Shown here: positions 40,733 through 50,787 of the stretch, piece by piece
Layout of the letters: the number at the start of each line of letters is the position of its first letter
Position numbering within the stretch: the first letter of the stretch is position 1
From: an uncultured archaeon
GTDB lineage: Archaea; Thermoproteota; Nitrososphaeria_A; Caldarchaeales; Wolframiiraptoraceae
Assembly: GCA_938083505.1 (NCBI GenBank)
Contig: CALKCF010000004.1
Coordinates: 93,630-157,629 of the forward strand
Reading direction: 5' to 3'
Length of the DNA stretch: 64,000 bases
Notes under the pieces: generated by a model
Databases searched by the model: none
What the model saw: the letters and a program-made list of their open reading frames with translations, nothing else
Told to the model about the DNA's origin: nothing
Program-made: the position numbers and the translations under genes

Positions 40733-41461
40733 TCACGCATACATCGGTTTCATTTCAGCTGCTTGCGCAATCCCCCTTAACGAGTGTAACCTGTCTTGCA
40801 TCATTTTCGCCTCTTTATAGAGAGGTTCTAGGTCTATTTTTATCCTAGGCACAAGCTTCGTTAAAGTCTCTAGCAACATCGCAGCGGCGATAAAAAGTTG
40901 CGTATCAACCGTCACTTCTGCTAACAACACTACAACATCGAAATTATTCCACCTTCCTTCACAAAGCAGGACTCCAGGCACGCCAGGAACGACACCTATA
41001 CTCAGCTGTTCTATGCCGGCGTTCGATAACATTTCTCTTGCCCTTCCCGTGCTACCTATACCATAAATTTTCGCATCTCCAGATTCTTTTGGAACACTTA
41101 GTGTTGATACTATCATTTCGCAGCCGTTCTTTAAAGACCAATCTATAATCGCGTGTGCTACTGCTCTCGAAAGCCACAGTGGTAGGTTGAATTCTGACAC
41201 AAATGCTACCAGCTTTAATCCTTCTTCAACGTACACCCTCGCAGGGTATCTTGGTTTGCCTCCATAAACAAAGGCGACAGGAGGGAAATAGGTAGACTCT
41301 ATGAATGCTACTTGGTCCATGTTCAAATGCGCTACGAGGTAGCTGGCCACAAGCGGTGTTACTAGACTTGAAGAGGGAAAACCATCTATTACGATGCCTC
41401 CCCTTACGTCGGGTCTTTTATATTCTTTAATTTTTATAGTATCAGAGACTTCGTGCGCCAT
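40733..41461 (-). CDS. PAC2-family proteasome assembly chaperone (PbaB-like)
   Basis: IDGFP, YPARVY, IDLEPL; C-terminal HbYX motif MYA. Confidence 0.85.
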   Translation of the reverse strand: MAHEVSDTIKIKEYKRPDVRGGIVIDGFPSSSLVTPLVASYLVAHLNMDQVAFIESTYFPPVAFVYGGKPRYPARVYVEEGLKLVAFVSEFNLPLWLSRAVAHAIIDWSLKNGCEMIVSTLSVPKESGDAKIYGIGSTGRAREMLSNAGIEQLSIGVVPGVPGVLLCEGRWNNFDVVVLLAEVTVDTQLFIAAAMLLETLTKLVPRIKIDLEPLYKEAKMMQDRLHSLRGIAQAAEMKPMYA

Positions 41462-41580
41462 AAAAAGACTTTATGTGGCATACCGTTTATAAGGTTTAAC
41501 TTTGTGGAGGCTTGCTAACGATTAGGCAACAAACATTTAAAAAAGAAATGTTTAGAAAAACCCAGCCGGAGAGGGGCCGC

Positions 41581-42102
41581 TTGGCTATACTGAGCGACTT
41601 GGACTTGTTAAATTACATAAGGAGCGGAAGGTTGCTAATAGAACCCTTAGAAGAGAATACCGTTAGAGAGAATGGTGTGGACCTCAGGATTGGTGGGACG
41701 ATAGCTAGGATGAAAAACATTGGAAGACCCCTTGACACTAGGAGCGACGACGTTGAGGAGTTTTACACGATTGAGCAAGGCAGCAGTTTTATCATAAACC
41801 CTAGGGAACACGTACTCCTACACACGAAGGAGTACATCAGGCTTCCGGTTGACTTAATGGGCTTCGTCAACCTCAGGAGTAGTTATGCGAGAGTAGGTTT
41901 AACAATACCCCCAACGATAATAGATGCAAACTTTGAAGGACAGTTGACGATAGAACTGGTCGGCGGAGATTTTCCAGTCAAGCTTTACGAGAACGACAGG
42001 TTCATACATGTGGTCTTCGCTAAGCTCACATCGCCCGTAGAGAGGCCCTATAGGGGGAAATATCAAGGGCAGAGGGGTATAAGGTTACCTTCTTTCAAAT
42101 AA
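41581..42102 (+). CDS. dcd: dCTP deaminase
   Basis: ILSD, GVDLRIG, RSSYARVG, IDANFEGQLTIE, YRGKYQGQ. Confidence 0.95.
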   Translation: MAILSDLDLLNYIRSGRLLIEPLEENTVRENGVDLRIGGTIARMKNIGRPLDTRSDDVEEFYTIEQGSSFIINPREHVLLHTKEYIRLPVDLMGFVNLRSSYARVGLTIPPTIIDANFEGQLTIELVGGDFPVKLYENDRFIHVVFAKLTSPVERPYRGKYQGQRGIRLPSFK

Positions 42103-42158
42103 TGATGTGTTAACTTGAACCCTTAAATATTTCCTGTAAAGTTGTTGAATCAACGACA

Positions 42159-42587
42159 ATGAGCGAAACCAAGCAAGAGGTTGAACAGAGGCAAAGTCAG
42201 AAGAAACCCCTATGGGGGATTGTCCACATCTACTCTAGCTACAACAACATAATAGTCCACGTAACCGACCTAAGCGGTGCCGAAACTATTGCCAGAGCCT
42301 CTGGTGGAATGTTCGTTGATGCAGGAAGGCTCGAACCAACACCTTACGCTGCTACAAGAGCCGCTAACTACGTTATGGAGATCGCTAAGCAGAAGGGCGT
42401 ATCCGCAGTCCACATCAGAGTGAGGGCGCCGGGCGGTGTGAAAGCAAGGACGCCTGGTCCAGGCGCACAGGCAGCGATCAGGGCCATAGCTAGATCTGGC
42501 GTCCAAATCGGTAGGATAGAGGACGTCACACCCCTACCCCATGATAGTATAAGGAAGAAGGGTGGAAGAAGGGGAAGAAGAGTCTAG
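42159..42587 (+). CDS. rps11: 30S ribosomal protein uS11
   Basis: [41 protein letters not shown]. Confidence 0.98.
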   Translation: MSETKQEVEQRQSQKKPLWGIVHIYSSYNNIIVHVTDLSGAETIARASGGMFVDAGRLEPTPYAATRAANYVMEIAKQKGVSAVHIRVRAPGGVKARTPGPGAQAAIRAIARSGVQIGRIEDVTPLPHDSIRKKGGRRGRRV

Positions 42588-42608
42588 AAACATGCAAGTG
42601 GTCCAGCT

Positions 42609-43160
42609 TTGAAGGTGGAACGTAAGAGCCTTGGTAAGATGCTAGGTTATGTTGTGGATATCGTACCACGTACGATGTGGGGCAAGCTTTTATACACCAT
42701 CAAGTTTTTTATGATGAATCTTCCTAATGTTGTTGTTCAGAATGTTGAAGAATTGTCGGATTGGTTATGGTACGGCTCTGCTGTAAATGTAGAGATCTCA
42801 AGGGTTCAGCAAGGTGAGAGTGTCAAGTTTGTTGTAGATGATCTATCACCAAATGAATATGAACAAACGATACAACCGGTGCCGGTAAGCGTATTAAGCT
42901 ATAGTGCTAAAACTGGAGAGTTAGTGCTTAAAAAAGACGATGAACGTACGTTGGTACTTATAGTTTTTGAGGAACACATAAGGGATGAGCTTTTGGCAAC
43001 ATCCGGGTCGGACTTCTATGCGCTGTTTCTCAAGAAACCAGGTGAGTTAAAGATAATCGGGCTGATACGTTCAGCGAAGTATAAAATTTTGAGTAGAGCC
43101 AAGGAGCTGGTCAGCTCAATTATTCTCCCATCTTTAGAACATAATCTTTATAGGATGTGA
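42609..43160 (+). CDS. Hypothetical protein (beta-rich, possibly OB-like)
   Basis: 183-aa ORF co-oriented with rps11; no recognised motif. Confidence 0.55.
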   Translation: MKVERKSLGKMLGYVVDIVPRTMWGKLLYTIKFFMMNLPNVVVQNVEELSDWLWYGSAVNVEISRVQQGESVKFVVDDLSPNEYEQTIQPVPVSVLSYSAKTGELVLKKDDERTLVLIVFEEHIRDELLATSGSDFYALFLKKPGELKIIGLIRSAKYKILSRAKELVSSIILPSLEHNLYRM

Positions 43161-44091
43161 CACCAAGTCTCTCAGCAGTCCTTTCAAAATCCAGTTCCGT
43201 TTCTATTCCCAGACTGTGCATAGCCTCATTCGCATCATCTATCGACTCGGAGTTTGCCACGACTTTTGCTAATCTACTCGCCTCATAAAGTATCTTAGCA
43301 TCAAAGAAAAAAGTTATACTCGAAAAGATGGAAACATATGCTTTCCTCGTCCCCTCCCTTATTGGTAGATCACCTTTTACACCCTTGGCTGCCATGATGG
43401 CCAGCTTGCTCGCCTCCGTATTCAAACCTTCCGACAAGAACTCCATAATCTTTACATCTTCTTGTGTCATGCCCAATGCGCCGAGTAAACCGCCCATTGA
43501 AGCTATTTCAGATAATCTCGATTCTAGTTCTTGTGGTTTGAGTTCACCGTCACAGCCTAATCCAACTATGCCTATTATGCTCCTTACGCCTGAGTTAGCA
43601 AGGGCTGCGAGCGTCAAAGAATCGCATAAAGGGGATTTAAGCCCCTCTTCCTTTCCAGTAGCTAAAACATCGCCTCCAACATCTATTCCAATAACGAAGC
43701 TTATGCCGAGCCTCTCAGCCATCTTACGAATACCGCTTGCAAGACCCTTAGCACCTTTTGTCAGGTCCAACAGTAGAACCTTCTCACCCAGCTTTGCAGA
43801 GATTCTGCATGCCTGTGGAACGATTCCGCCTTTTATTTTCGTTTGGCTTCCAGCTAAGCACACCGTTTCGTTTAAAAACTCTTTTACGTTGTCTAACTCG
43901 CTTAAGGATCTTGGACCAGGCTTTGGATCTACGATAAATCTTTCCCATACAACGGAGCCTATCAATACATCGAATTTGTTTCTTTTCAACGCATTTCTCG
44001 TCGGTATTGTTCCTAATACATCACCGCCGCCGCCTATGCCCACAACTACAGCCCTTTTAGTACCCTTTAGGTCAAAAGAATCCCAGTCCAT
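43120..44091 (-). CDS. DUF1152-family protein
   Basis: GIGGGGDV, WER...DPKPGP, DVGGD, GCDGEL. Confidence 0.8.
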   Translation of the reverse strand: MDWDSFDLKGTKRAVVVGIGGGGDVLGTIPTRNALKRNKFDVLIGSVVWERFIVDPKPGPRSLSELDNVKEFLNETVCLAGSQTKIKGGIVPQACRISAKLGEKVLLLDLTKGAKGLASGIRKMAERLGISFVIGIDVGGDVLATGKEEGLKSPLCDSLTLAALANSGVRSIIGIVGLGCDGELKPQELESRLSEIASMGGLLGALGMTQEDVKIMEFLSEGLNTEASKLAIMAAKGVKGDLPIREGTRKAYVSIFSSITFFFDAKILYEASRLAKVVANSESIDDANEAMHSLGIETELDFERTAERLGVTSYKDYVLKMGE

Positions 44092-44101
44092 GAACAGCAC
44101 C

Positions 44102-45241
44102 TTAGAGGAGTGCCTTTGCAAGTTTCATCGCAAAGATTGGATGGGAAAGCAACTTTACCGCAACCCTTTTGACGTTAAGACCATTTGCCAAGTCGAGTAT
44201 ATCTGTAGCGTCAAGTAACTTCTGAAGAAGGTTCAGGTCATCATCCGTCATCTTTTCCAAGGCGCGCATAACCTTTAAGCTCTTATTTATTCTCGTTATC
44301 CAGGGCTCATACTTTTCGTTAAACTCCGAAAGTTTCTTCTTTGATATGTCGCCTTCCTGACATGCTTTCGCAGCAACCTCGCCTGCTGCAAGACCTGCGG
44401 CTATCGAGGAATGTATGCCTGCACCCGTTAAGGGTATGACCATTCCAGCGGCATCTCCTATGAGCATAGCACCATCCAATATGTACTCCTTTATCATTCC
44501 GCCGATGGGTACAGGAGCGCCCCTATAGTCGATTATCTTGGCGTTTCCTAGCTCATTCTCAAACATCTTGACAAACTTGTCAAGATAGAGTTTAGTTGGA
44601 GCACCCCTTACACCTATGCCAACCTCTGCAATCTTATCACTCTTAGGAAATATCCACGCATATCCGCCTGGGGCTATTTCGTTACCAAGGAAGAACCTTA
44701 CAACATCTGTACATTCCAGCTTGCAATTCACCATCACATACTGAATAGTCGGTATGGGCTCCGAACGTTCATTTATTCCAAGACACTTCGCCACGGTTGA
44801 GTTATAACCATCAGCACCTATGATTACCTTTGCTGAATATTCATCCCGATTCGTCCTGACCCTCATAACTTTTTCGTCTTTCCAGACAGACACGAGCTCC
44901 TCCCTTACATGTATATCGGCACCAGCCTCAGCAGCCTGGGCAGCTATTTCTTGTAAGAAGAGCGACTTGTTTATCAAAAAACCTACATCTTTTATCTCCA
45001 CAAACTTCATGTTTGGTGCATAAACCCTTGCATACGCTTTGTTAAGGACTATGCTGGGTTTCGGCTCCACACCGGCCGTTTTGAATGTTGTTTGACTTAC
45101 AGCCTCACCGCATGGTTTGTTTGCCATGATCGTCGGAAATTTTTCCAGCAACAAAGTTTTAGCACCGTTTAGAGCTGCCGCTTTCGCCGCAGAGACACCA
45201 GCCGGCCCGGCACCGACGACTATAACGTCATAGCTATTCAT
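44102..45241 (-). CDS. Geranylgeranyl reductase (DGGGPL reductase-like)
   Basis: GAGPAG, KPCGE, GYAWIFPK, GDAAG...TGAGI. Confidence 0.92.
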   Translation of the reverse strand: MNSYDVIVVGAGPAGVSAAKAAALNGAKTLLLEKFPTIMANKPCGEAVSQTTFKTAGVEPKPSIVLNKAYARVYAPNMKFVEIKDVGFLINKSLFLQEIAAQAAEAGADIHVREELVSVWKDEKVMRVRTNRDEYSAKVIIGADGYNSTVAKCLGINERSEPIPTIQYVMVNCKLECTDVVRFFLGNEIAPGGYAWIFPKSDKIAEVGIGVRGAPTKLYLDKFVKMFENELGNAKIIDYRGAPVPIGGMIKEYILDGAMLIGDAAGMVIPLTGAGIHSSIAAGLAAGEVAAKACQEGDISKKKLSEFNEKYEPWITRINKSLKVMRALEKMTDDDLNLLQKLLDATDILDLANGLNVKRVAVKLLSHPIFAMKLAKALL

Positions 45242-45342
45242 GATCTGGCACCTTATCTGACTTTCGATAACATGTATTTATCTTTGCCACACCCTTACAT
45301 ACCGAGCTTCGTGGTATGGGTTACATTAAAAATGGTACCTCT

Positions 45343-46465
45343 TCATGTTTTTTCCATGAAGACTATGCTCTCCCTTGCCTCACCGATCTTTATAACCCTT
45401 CTTGTTGTTGCAACCCTTCTATTTACTATGCATATCTTATTAACCTTGAAGCCTATATCCTCAGCCAACTTAGCAATCAAGGTATCAGATTCGACTACTC
45501 TATCAGGAAAGACTCCGCCTGCGACTACGAGAGCTACCTTACCTTTTGGTTTCAGCACCCTAAACATCTCAGAGAGGGCCCTCTGCATATCTGAGAAATA
45601 CGCTTTTGCAATTATGGGAAGATTTAGTTCAGGAAATGGGTCCTTAACGTTTTTTGGGTTCAGGCCTAAGTAGGAGCGAACAGCATCAACCTTGACACCT
45701 GGCAGAAAGAGCTCGTATTCTATCTTATAGACCGTTGTATATTCTATTTTGTTCAGGTATGGCGGCGACGTTATTATTGCATCAAACACCTCGTCAGGTA
45801 GTTGGAGCACCCTCGCATCGCCTAGCATTATCCTAATGTCACAATCCTCAAGATTTATTGACCTAACGTCTCTGATCATTTTCTTTATGATCCTCCTGAA
45901 GAACTTCCTGAATGGCGGCGTCGGTTTCTTCACTATCTTTATCACACCACCGTCCTTGTAAGCGTAAGAGACCTCCATGGCAGCCCTCATGAGGGCGAGC
46001 ATGAAAAAGCCCTTAACACTTTCATCCATCTCAGCTATCTTATCTCTGAAGAATATGACATCCTCAAGGACAGGTCTACTGAATGCTTTCTTTACGAGGG
46101 GGTCAAGCCCCTCCAACGAGGGCTTAGAGAAAGGGGTCAAGAACAAATACGTGGCCGCTTTTTCTAGTAAATCCGCGTCGTATCTAGTGGTCTTTGTTTG
46201 TGAGACGAATACTGCTAAGGGTGATGAATCTATGCCGCAAGAGTTTACACCGACCTCCATGCAGGCGAGTGTCGTCGTCCCGGAACCGAGGAACGGATCA
46301 AGTACCCAATTACCTCTGCCCAAGTTGAACTCCTTAAGCATCAACCAGACAAAATCTCTTGAGAAGCCCTCTTTAAAGAAAAAACCAGTTGTGGACAGGT
46401 ATGTTCTTGTTTGGGACGAAGGTCACGAGACTTCCGAGGTCGTATCTCTCCTCGATAAGGAACAT
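45343..46465 (-). pseudogene. Amino-DNA methyltransferase (N4C/N6A) interrupted by a +1 frameshift near 46375-46384
   Basis: VLDPFLGSGTT and ITSPPY motifs; N-terminal PVHNWFF / KEGFS split across frames at TGG TTT TTT CTT TAA. Confidence 0.75.
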
Positions 46466-46468
46466 ACG

Positions 46469-47011
46469 CTAATTCCCTCTTAGCCTAGAGGCCTCCTCTA
46501 TTATTGTCTTGCAGAAGCTTGGAAGATCGTCAGGAACTCTGGACGTTATTATGTTCCCGTCTACGACTACCGGAGCGTCTATGAATATCGCACCTGCGTT
46601 TATTACATCATCTTTAATTCCGCTGACACATGTCACTTTCTTCTTACTTAAAAGTTTGGCGGATATCAGAAGTTGTGACCCATGACATATGGCGCCTATT
46701 ATCGCTCCCTTCTGCCCGTACCTCTTGACAAACTCCATGACCCTGCTATCCCTTCTCAGCCTGTCGGAAGCCCAGCCGCCAGGAATTATAAGTATATCAA
46801 AGTCTTTGGTAAGGGCCTCGTCTATCGTTAGGTCCGGGACAATTGATAAGCCACGTTTACCTTTATACGTTCCCTTTACTGGCGCCACGACTTTCACATC
46901 GGCACCTTCTTCTTTAAACCTGAGCAACGTATAGTGGAGTTCCAGGTCTTCGTAGTCAGGACCGGTAAGTATCGCCACACTTTTGCCCGAAAGGCTCAAG
47001 TTTAACACCAT
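46469..47011 (-). CDS. PfpI/DJ-1 family protein
   Basis: YEDLE, IPGG, AICHG, TSRVPDDL. Confidence 0.92.
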   Translation of the reverse strand: MVLNLSLSGKSVAILTGPDYEDLELHYTLLRFKEEGADVKVVAPVKGTYKGKRGLSIVPDLTIDEALTKDFDILIIPGGWASDRLRRDSRVMEFVKRYGQKGAIIGAICHGSQLLISAKLLSKKKVTCVSGIKDDVINAGAIFIDAPVVVDGNIITSRVPDDLPSFCKTIIEEASRLRGN

Positions 47012-47103
47012 CTATTACTGTTAATGTTTTATATAAAAAATTAGCACGTGTTATTAAGCCCTTATATAGAACAAGCGACAGAATCAACTTTGAGGGAGGG
47101 CTT

Positions 47104-47421
47104 TTGCAAGAAGAAATGCCTACTGTAAAGCAAGTTATCGAGGCACTTAAGAACTGCTACGATCCAGAGATTCCAATAAATATCGTGGACCTAGGGCTTA
47201 TATATGACGTTCAAGTGAGGGATGATGCTAGCGTATATGTTAAGATGACCCTTACGGCTCCAGGCTGTCCGATAGCATATTTTCTCGTAGAGCAAGTGAA
47301 GGAAGCTATAATGAATAGTGTAAAAGGTGTTCAAAGGGTTGACGTGGAGTTGGTATTCGACCCACCATGGAATCCGGGAATGATGAGCGAAGAGGCCAAG
47401 AAGATGCTCGGCATTAAATGA
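47104..47421 (+). CDS. DUF59/SufT Fe-S assembly protein
   Basis: DPEIPINIVDLGLIY, TLTAPGCP, FDPPW. Confidence 0.92.
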   Translation: MQEEMPTVKQVIEALKNCYDPEIPINIVDLGLIYDVQVRDDASVYVKMTLTAPGCPIAYFLVEQVKEAIMNSVKGVQRVDVELVFDPPWNPGMMSEEAKKMLGIK

Positions 47422-47512
47422 ATTAATCTTTACACTAGACCGCAACTCAATAAATACGTCGAGGAAAGCTTAAACAAAGGCTTTATCGAATGCATAAAGG
47501 GTTAACTGGTAC

Positions 47513-49846
47513 ATGAGGCTGGAACCGAGGATACAGGAAAAGGTATGGTACCCATCGATTGAGAAAAAGGTGCTAGAGATTTGGGAGTCAGAAAAACTTT
47601 ACAAATTTAACGTAAGAAGTAAGAAGAAAAAATTCATCATAGATACACCGCCACCGTACCCATCAGGAAGACCTTGGCATATAGGGGCGGTAGCCCAGTA
47701 TTCCCAGATCGATATGATAGCAAGGACTGCAAGGATGCTAGGTTATGAGGTGCTGTTCCCTATAGGCATCGATAGGAACGGTATACCCGTTGAACTTTAT
47801 GTCGAAAAGGTGTATAAGGTATCTATGAGGTTTGTGCCAAGGAAAGAGTTCATTGAACTTTGTAGTAAAGCCCTCGATGAACTAGAGGCAGAGATGTTAT
47901 CAATAATGCGAAGGATGGGCTTGAGTTCTGACTTTAAAAATTACTACAGGACAGACTCTCCGGAGTATAGGGCTTTAACCCAAAAGACCTTCATCAAACT
48001 CTGGAACGAAGGTCTGATCTATGAAGCAACAAGACCAAACAACTACTGCTGGGAATGCGGAACGACTATCGCTGATGCCGAGGTAGAATACGAAGAGCTT
48101 CCAACAAGACTCGTCTACATGAAGTTCAAGGTCAAGGAGACGAACGAAGATCTGATCATTGCGTCAACTAGGCCAGAACTTCTGTGTTCCTGTAGAGCCG
48201 TCATTGTGAACCCGAACGACGAAAGATACACTCACATTCATGGATTACATGCAATAGTTCCGATCTACTTAACAGAAGTGCCCATAATACCGCATCCGAC
48301 AGCCAGACCCGAATTCGGTACTGGCGCTATGATGATTTGCAGTTACGGTGACTACACGGACGTTCAACTATTCAGGGAACTTGGCTTGGAAGAAGTCGTG
48401 GCAATAGGTGAAGACGGAAGGATGACTGAAAAGGCGGGCAGGTATGCAGGTCTTAGAGTTGAAGATGCTAGGGAGAAGATCATCGAAGATATGAAACGTG
48501 AAGGATTTCTTGTAAAGGTTGAGAACATAGTCCACAGAACCCCAATCTGCGAGAGGAGCAAGACACCAATAGAAATCATCCCGATGAAGGAATATTATCT
48601 CAAACAACTCTATGCTGTGAAGGACCTGGATATGTTAGCAAGGAAGATGAAGTTCCACCCAGAGATGCACAGGCAGCTCTTACTGGACTGGATAAACTCT
48701 CTCAAGATAGATTATCCTATATCCAGGCGAAGGTACTACGCTACCGAGATACCGATCTGGTACTGTAAAACCTGTGGTACTCCCCTAGTGCCGCCGCCTA
48801 ATAAATACTACAGGCCATGGTGCGAGCCACCTCCCTTTGAACGGTGTGAGAAATGCGGAAGCACGGAATTCATCGGTGAGGAGAGGACATTTGACACATG
48901 GATGGATTCAAGTATAACGCCGCTCTTCATAATCTCAAAGTATTGTGGTGACGCAAAATCCCACAAAACTCTCTATCCTATTAGTATCAGGCCACAAGGT
49001 AAGGACATAGTCAGGACTTGGCTTTACTATACTCTTCTTAGATGTTACCAGCTCACCGGAAAGGAACCTTTCAAGCAAGTCTGGATATCGGGCTTAGGTC
49101 TCGATGAGAAAGGGGAGAAGATGAGCAAGAGCAAGGGCAATGTCATAGACCCTCTTCCTATAATTGAGAACTACGGTGCCGATACGTTCAGGCTCTGGAA
49201 CGCGCAAGAAGCCAGCTTAGGTTATGACTTTAGAATATCTGAGGCGAAGATTGCTAGCGCCATGAAGTTCTTGACGAAGCTCTGGAATCTATCAAGGTTC
49301 GTATCCTCATTCCCAATACCGAGAAGGGCGAAACTTATGCCAACAGATAGATGGATACTTGCGGAACTTTCAACCTTAATACGTGAATCCTTAAAACACT
49401 ATAAGGACTTCAACTTCTTCTATCCTGCCAGGCTTGTCAGAGACTTTGTCTGGAATACATTCGCCGACCACTATGTGGAGATGGTAAAGGCAAGGGCTTA
49501 TGGTGTAGGGTTCACGAAGAGCGAGCAAAGGGCCGCTTGGTTTACATTACATACAGTACTTAAGAACGTCCTACTGCTATTGGCGCCCATAACACCTTTC
49601 ATAACAGATGTACTATGGAGGCGGCTCTATGGCAAACGTAGTATACACTTAGAGAGCTTTCCGAAGGCCATATGGCCCATTGCATACAAGAAGTTTACAA
49701 AGCCGCTTATCGAGTTTAATTCCAGCGTTTGGGCAAAAAAGAAAAATCTAGGCCTTTCTTTGAAGGACCCGATAGAATGTGATATACCAAGGAATCTCAA
49801 GATATTCGAGAAGGATCTTATAGCTATGCATAACGTAAAAAAATGA
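47513..49846 (+). CDS. valS: Valyl-tRNA synthetase
   Basis: DTPPPY..G..HIG, GTGAMMICSYGD, DTWMDSS, RPQGKDIVRTW, KMSKS. Confidence 0.95.
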   Translation: MRLEPRIQEKVWYPSIEKKVLEIWESEKLYKFNVRSKKKKFIIDTPPPYPSGRPWHIGAVAQYSQIDMIARTARMLGYEVLFPIGIDRNGIPVELYVEKVYKVSMRFVPRKEFIELCSKALDELEAEMLSIMRRMGLSSDFKNYYRTDSPEYRALTQKTFIKLWNEGLIYEATRPNNYCWECGTTIADAEVEYEELPTRLVYMKFKVKETNEDLIIASTRPELLCSCRAVIVNPNDERYTHIHGLHAIVPIYLTEVPIIPHPTARPEFGTGAMMICSYGDYTDVQLFRELGLEEVVAIGEDGRMTEKAGRYAGLRVEDAREKIIEDMKREGFLVKVENIVHRTPICERSKTPIEIIPMKEYYLKQLYAVKDLDMLARKMKFHPEMHRQLLLDWINSLKIDYPISRRRYYATEIPIWYCKTCGTPLVPPPNKYYRPWCEPPPFERCEKCGSTEFIGEERTFDTWMDSSITPLFIISKYCGDAKSHKTLYPISIRPQGKDIVRTWLYYTLLRCYQLTGKEPFKQVWISGLGLDEKGEKMSKSKGNVIDPLPIIENYGADTFRLWNAQEASLGYDFRISEAKIASAMKFLTKLWNLSRFVSSFPIPRRAKLMPTDRWILAELSTLIRESLKHYKDFNFFYPARLVRDFVWNTFADHYVEMVKARAYGVGFTKSEQRAAWFTLHTVLKNVLLLLAPITPFITDVLWRRLYGKRSIHLESFPKAIWPIAYKKFTKPLIEFNSSVWAKKKNLGLSLKDPIECDIPRNLKIFEKDLIAMHNVKK

Positions 49847-49853
49847 ACATAAT

Positions 49854-50783
49854 TTAATGTACTACTTTGCTCCAGTATTCATCGACTTGTTTCTGTATCT
49901 CGGCAATTGCACCCTCATTCTTCACCGGTTTAAACAAGTGAGCAAACCTTCTTTGAACTTTCAGGTAATCCTCGACCGGTCTTCTTTTTGGCGGAATGTA
50001 TGTGTGTGTCACTTCACCGTAAACTGCCTCCTTTAACGGCCATATTCCAGTCTCGACTGCAAGCCTAGCTAATTTTACAGATTCTGAAACTTCTGCACCC
50101 CAGCCCGTAGGACATGGGGAAAGCGCCAAGAAGAGCTTCGGTCCCTTGAAGTTAAGCGACTTCTCAACCTTCCTAAACATGTCAACCACATGCGATGGTG
50201 ATATCGTTGCAACATACGGCGGCCTGTGACTTCGCCATATCTCAAATAGGTCCTTCTTGGGAAGAAAGTTCCCCATGGGGTATAGGTGCGTGGGTCTTGT
50301 GGTTGTAGTTCCGCTACCTATTGGTGATGAGGAGGAGGCTTGAAAACCGGTGTTACCATACGCCTCGTTGTCTACACATAGGTAGAAGAAGTCTAGGTTC
50401 CTATGTATGGCTCCTGAGGTTGATTGCAGACCTATGTCAGAGGCGGCACCGTCTCCTGTTACAACTACAACCTTAAGGTTCTCAGTCGGGTCTATTTTGC
50501 CCTTTTTGATGAGTATGTCTAGTGCGTCTCTTATACCCTGTGCACCAGCTGGTGCTGAACCCATGGCTGTGTAAAACCACGAAGATTTAAGTGGTGTGTA
50601 CGGGAATGTTGCCATTAAAGTTACACAACCAGCCGCATTTACCCAAACAACGTTATCACCCAACGCCTTATGGAAAAGCCTGATTACAAGTAGAGCCCCG
50701 CAACCAGCACAAAGAGACGTTCCTGAGACGAGGAATTCTTCCCTGGGCACATCCTTTAATGTTTTGTACTTCGTGATGCTCAC
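49854..50783 (-). CDS. Pyruvate/2-oxoacid:ferredoxin oxidoreductase beta subunit
   Basis: CAGCG, GDG...DNEAYGNTG TPP motif, PCPTGW. Confidence 0.93.
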   Translation of the reverse strand: MSITKYKTLKDVPREEFLVSGTSLCAGCGALLVIRLFHKALGDNVVWVNAAGCVTLMATFPYTPLKSSWFYTAMGSAPAGAQGIRDALDILIKKGKIDPTENLKVVVVTGDGAASDIGLQSTSGAIHRNLDFFYLCVDNEAYGNTGFQASSSSPIGSGTTTTRPTHLYPMGNFLPKKDLFEIWRSHRPPYVATISPSHVVDMFRKVEKSLNFKGPKLFLALSPCPTGWGAEVSESVKLARLAVETGIWPLKEAVYGEVTHTYIPPKRRPVEDYLKVQRRFAHLFKPVKNEGAIAEIQKQVDEYWSKVVH

Positions 50784-50787
50784 CCTA

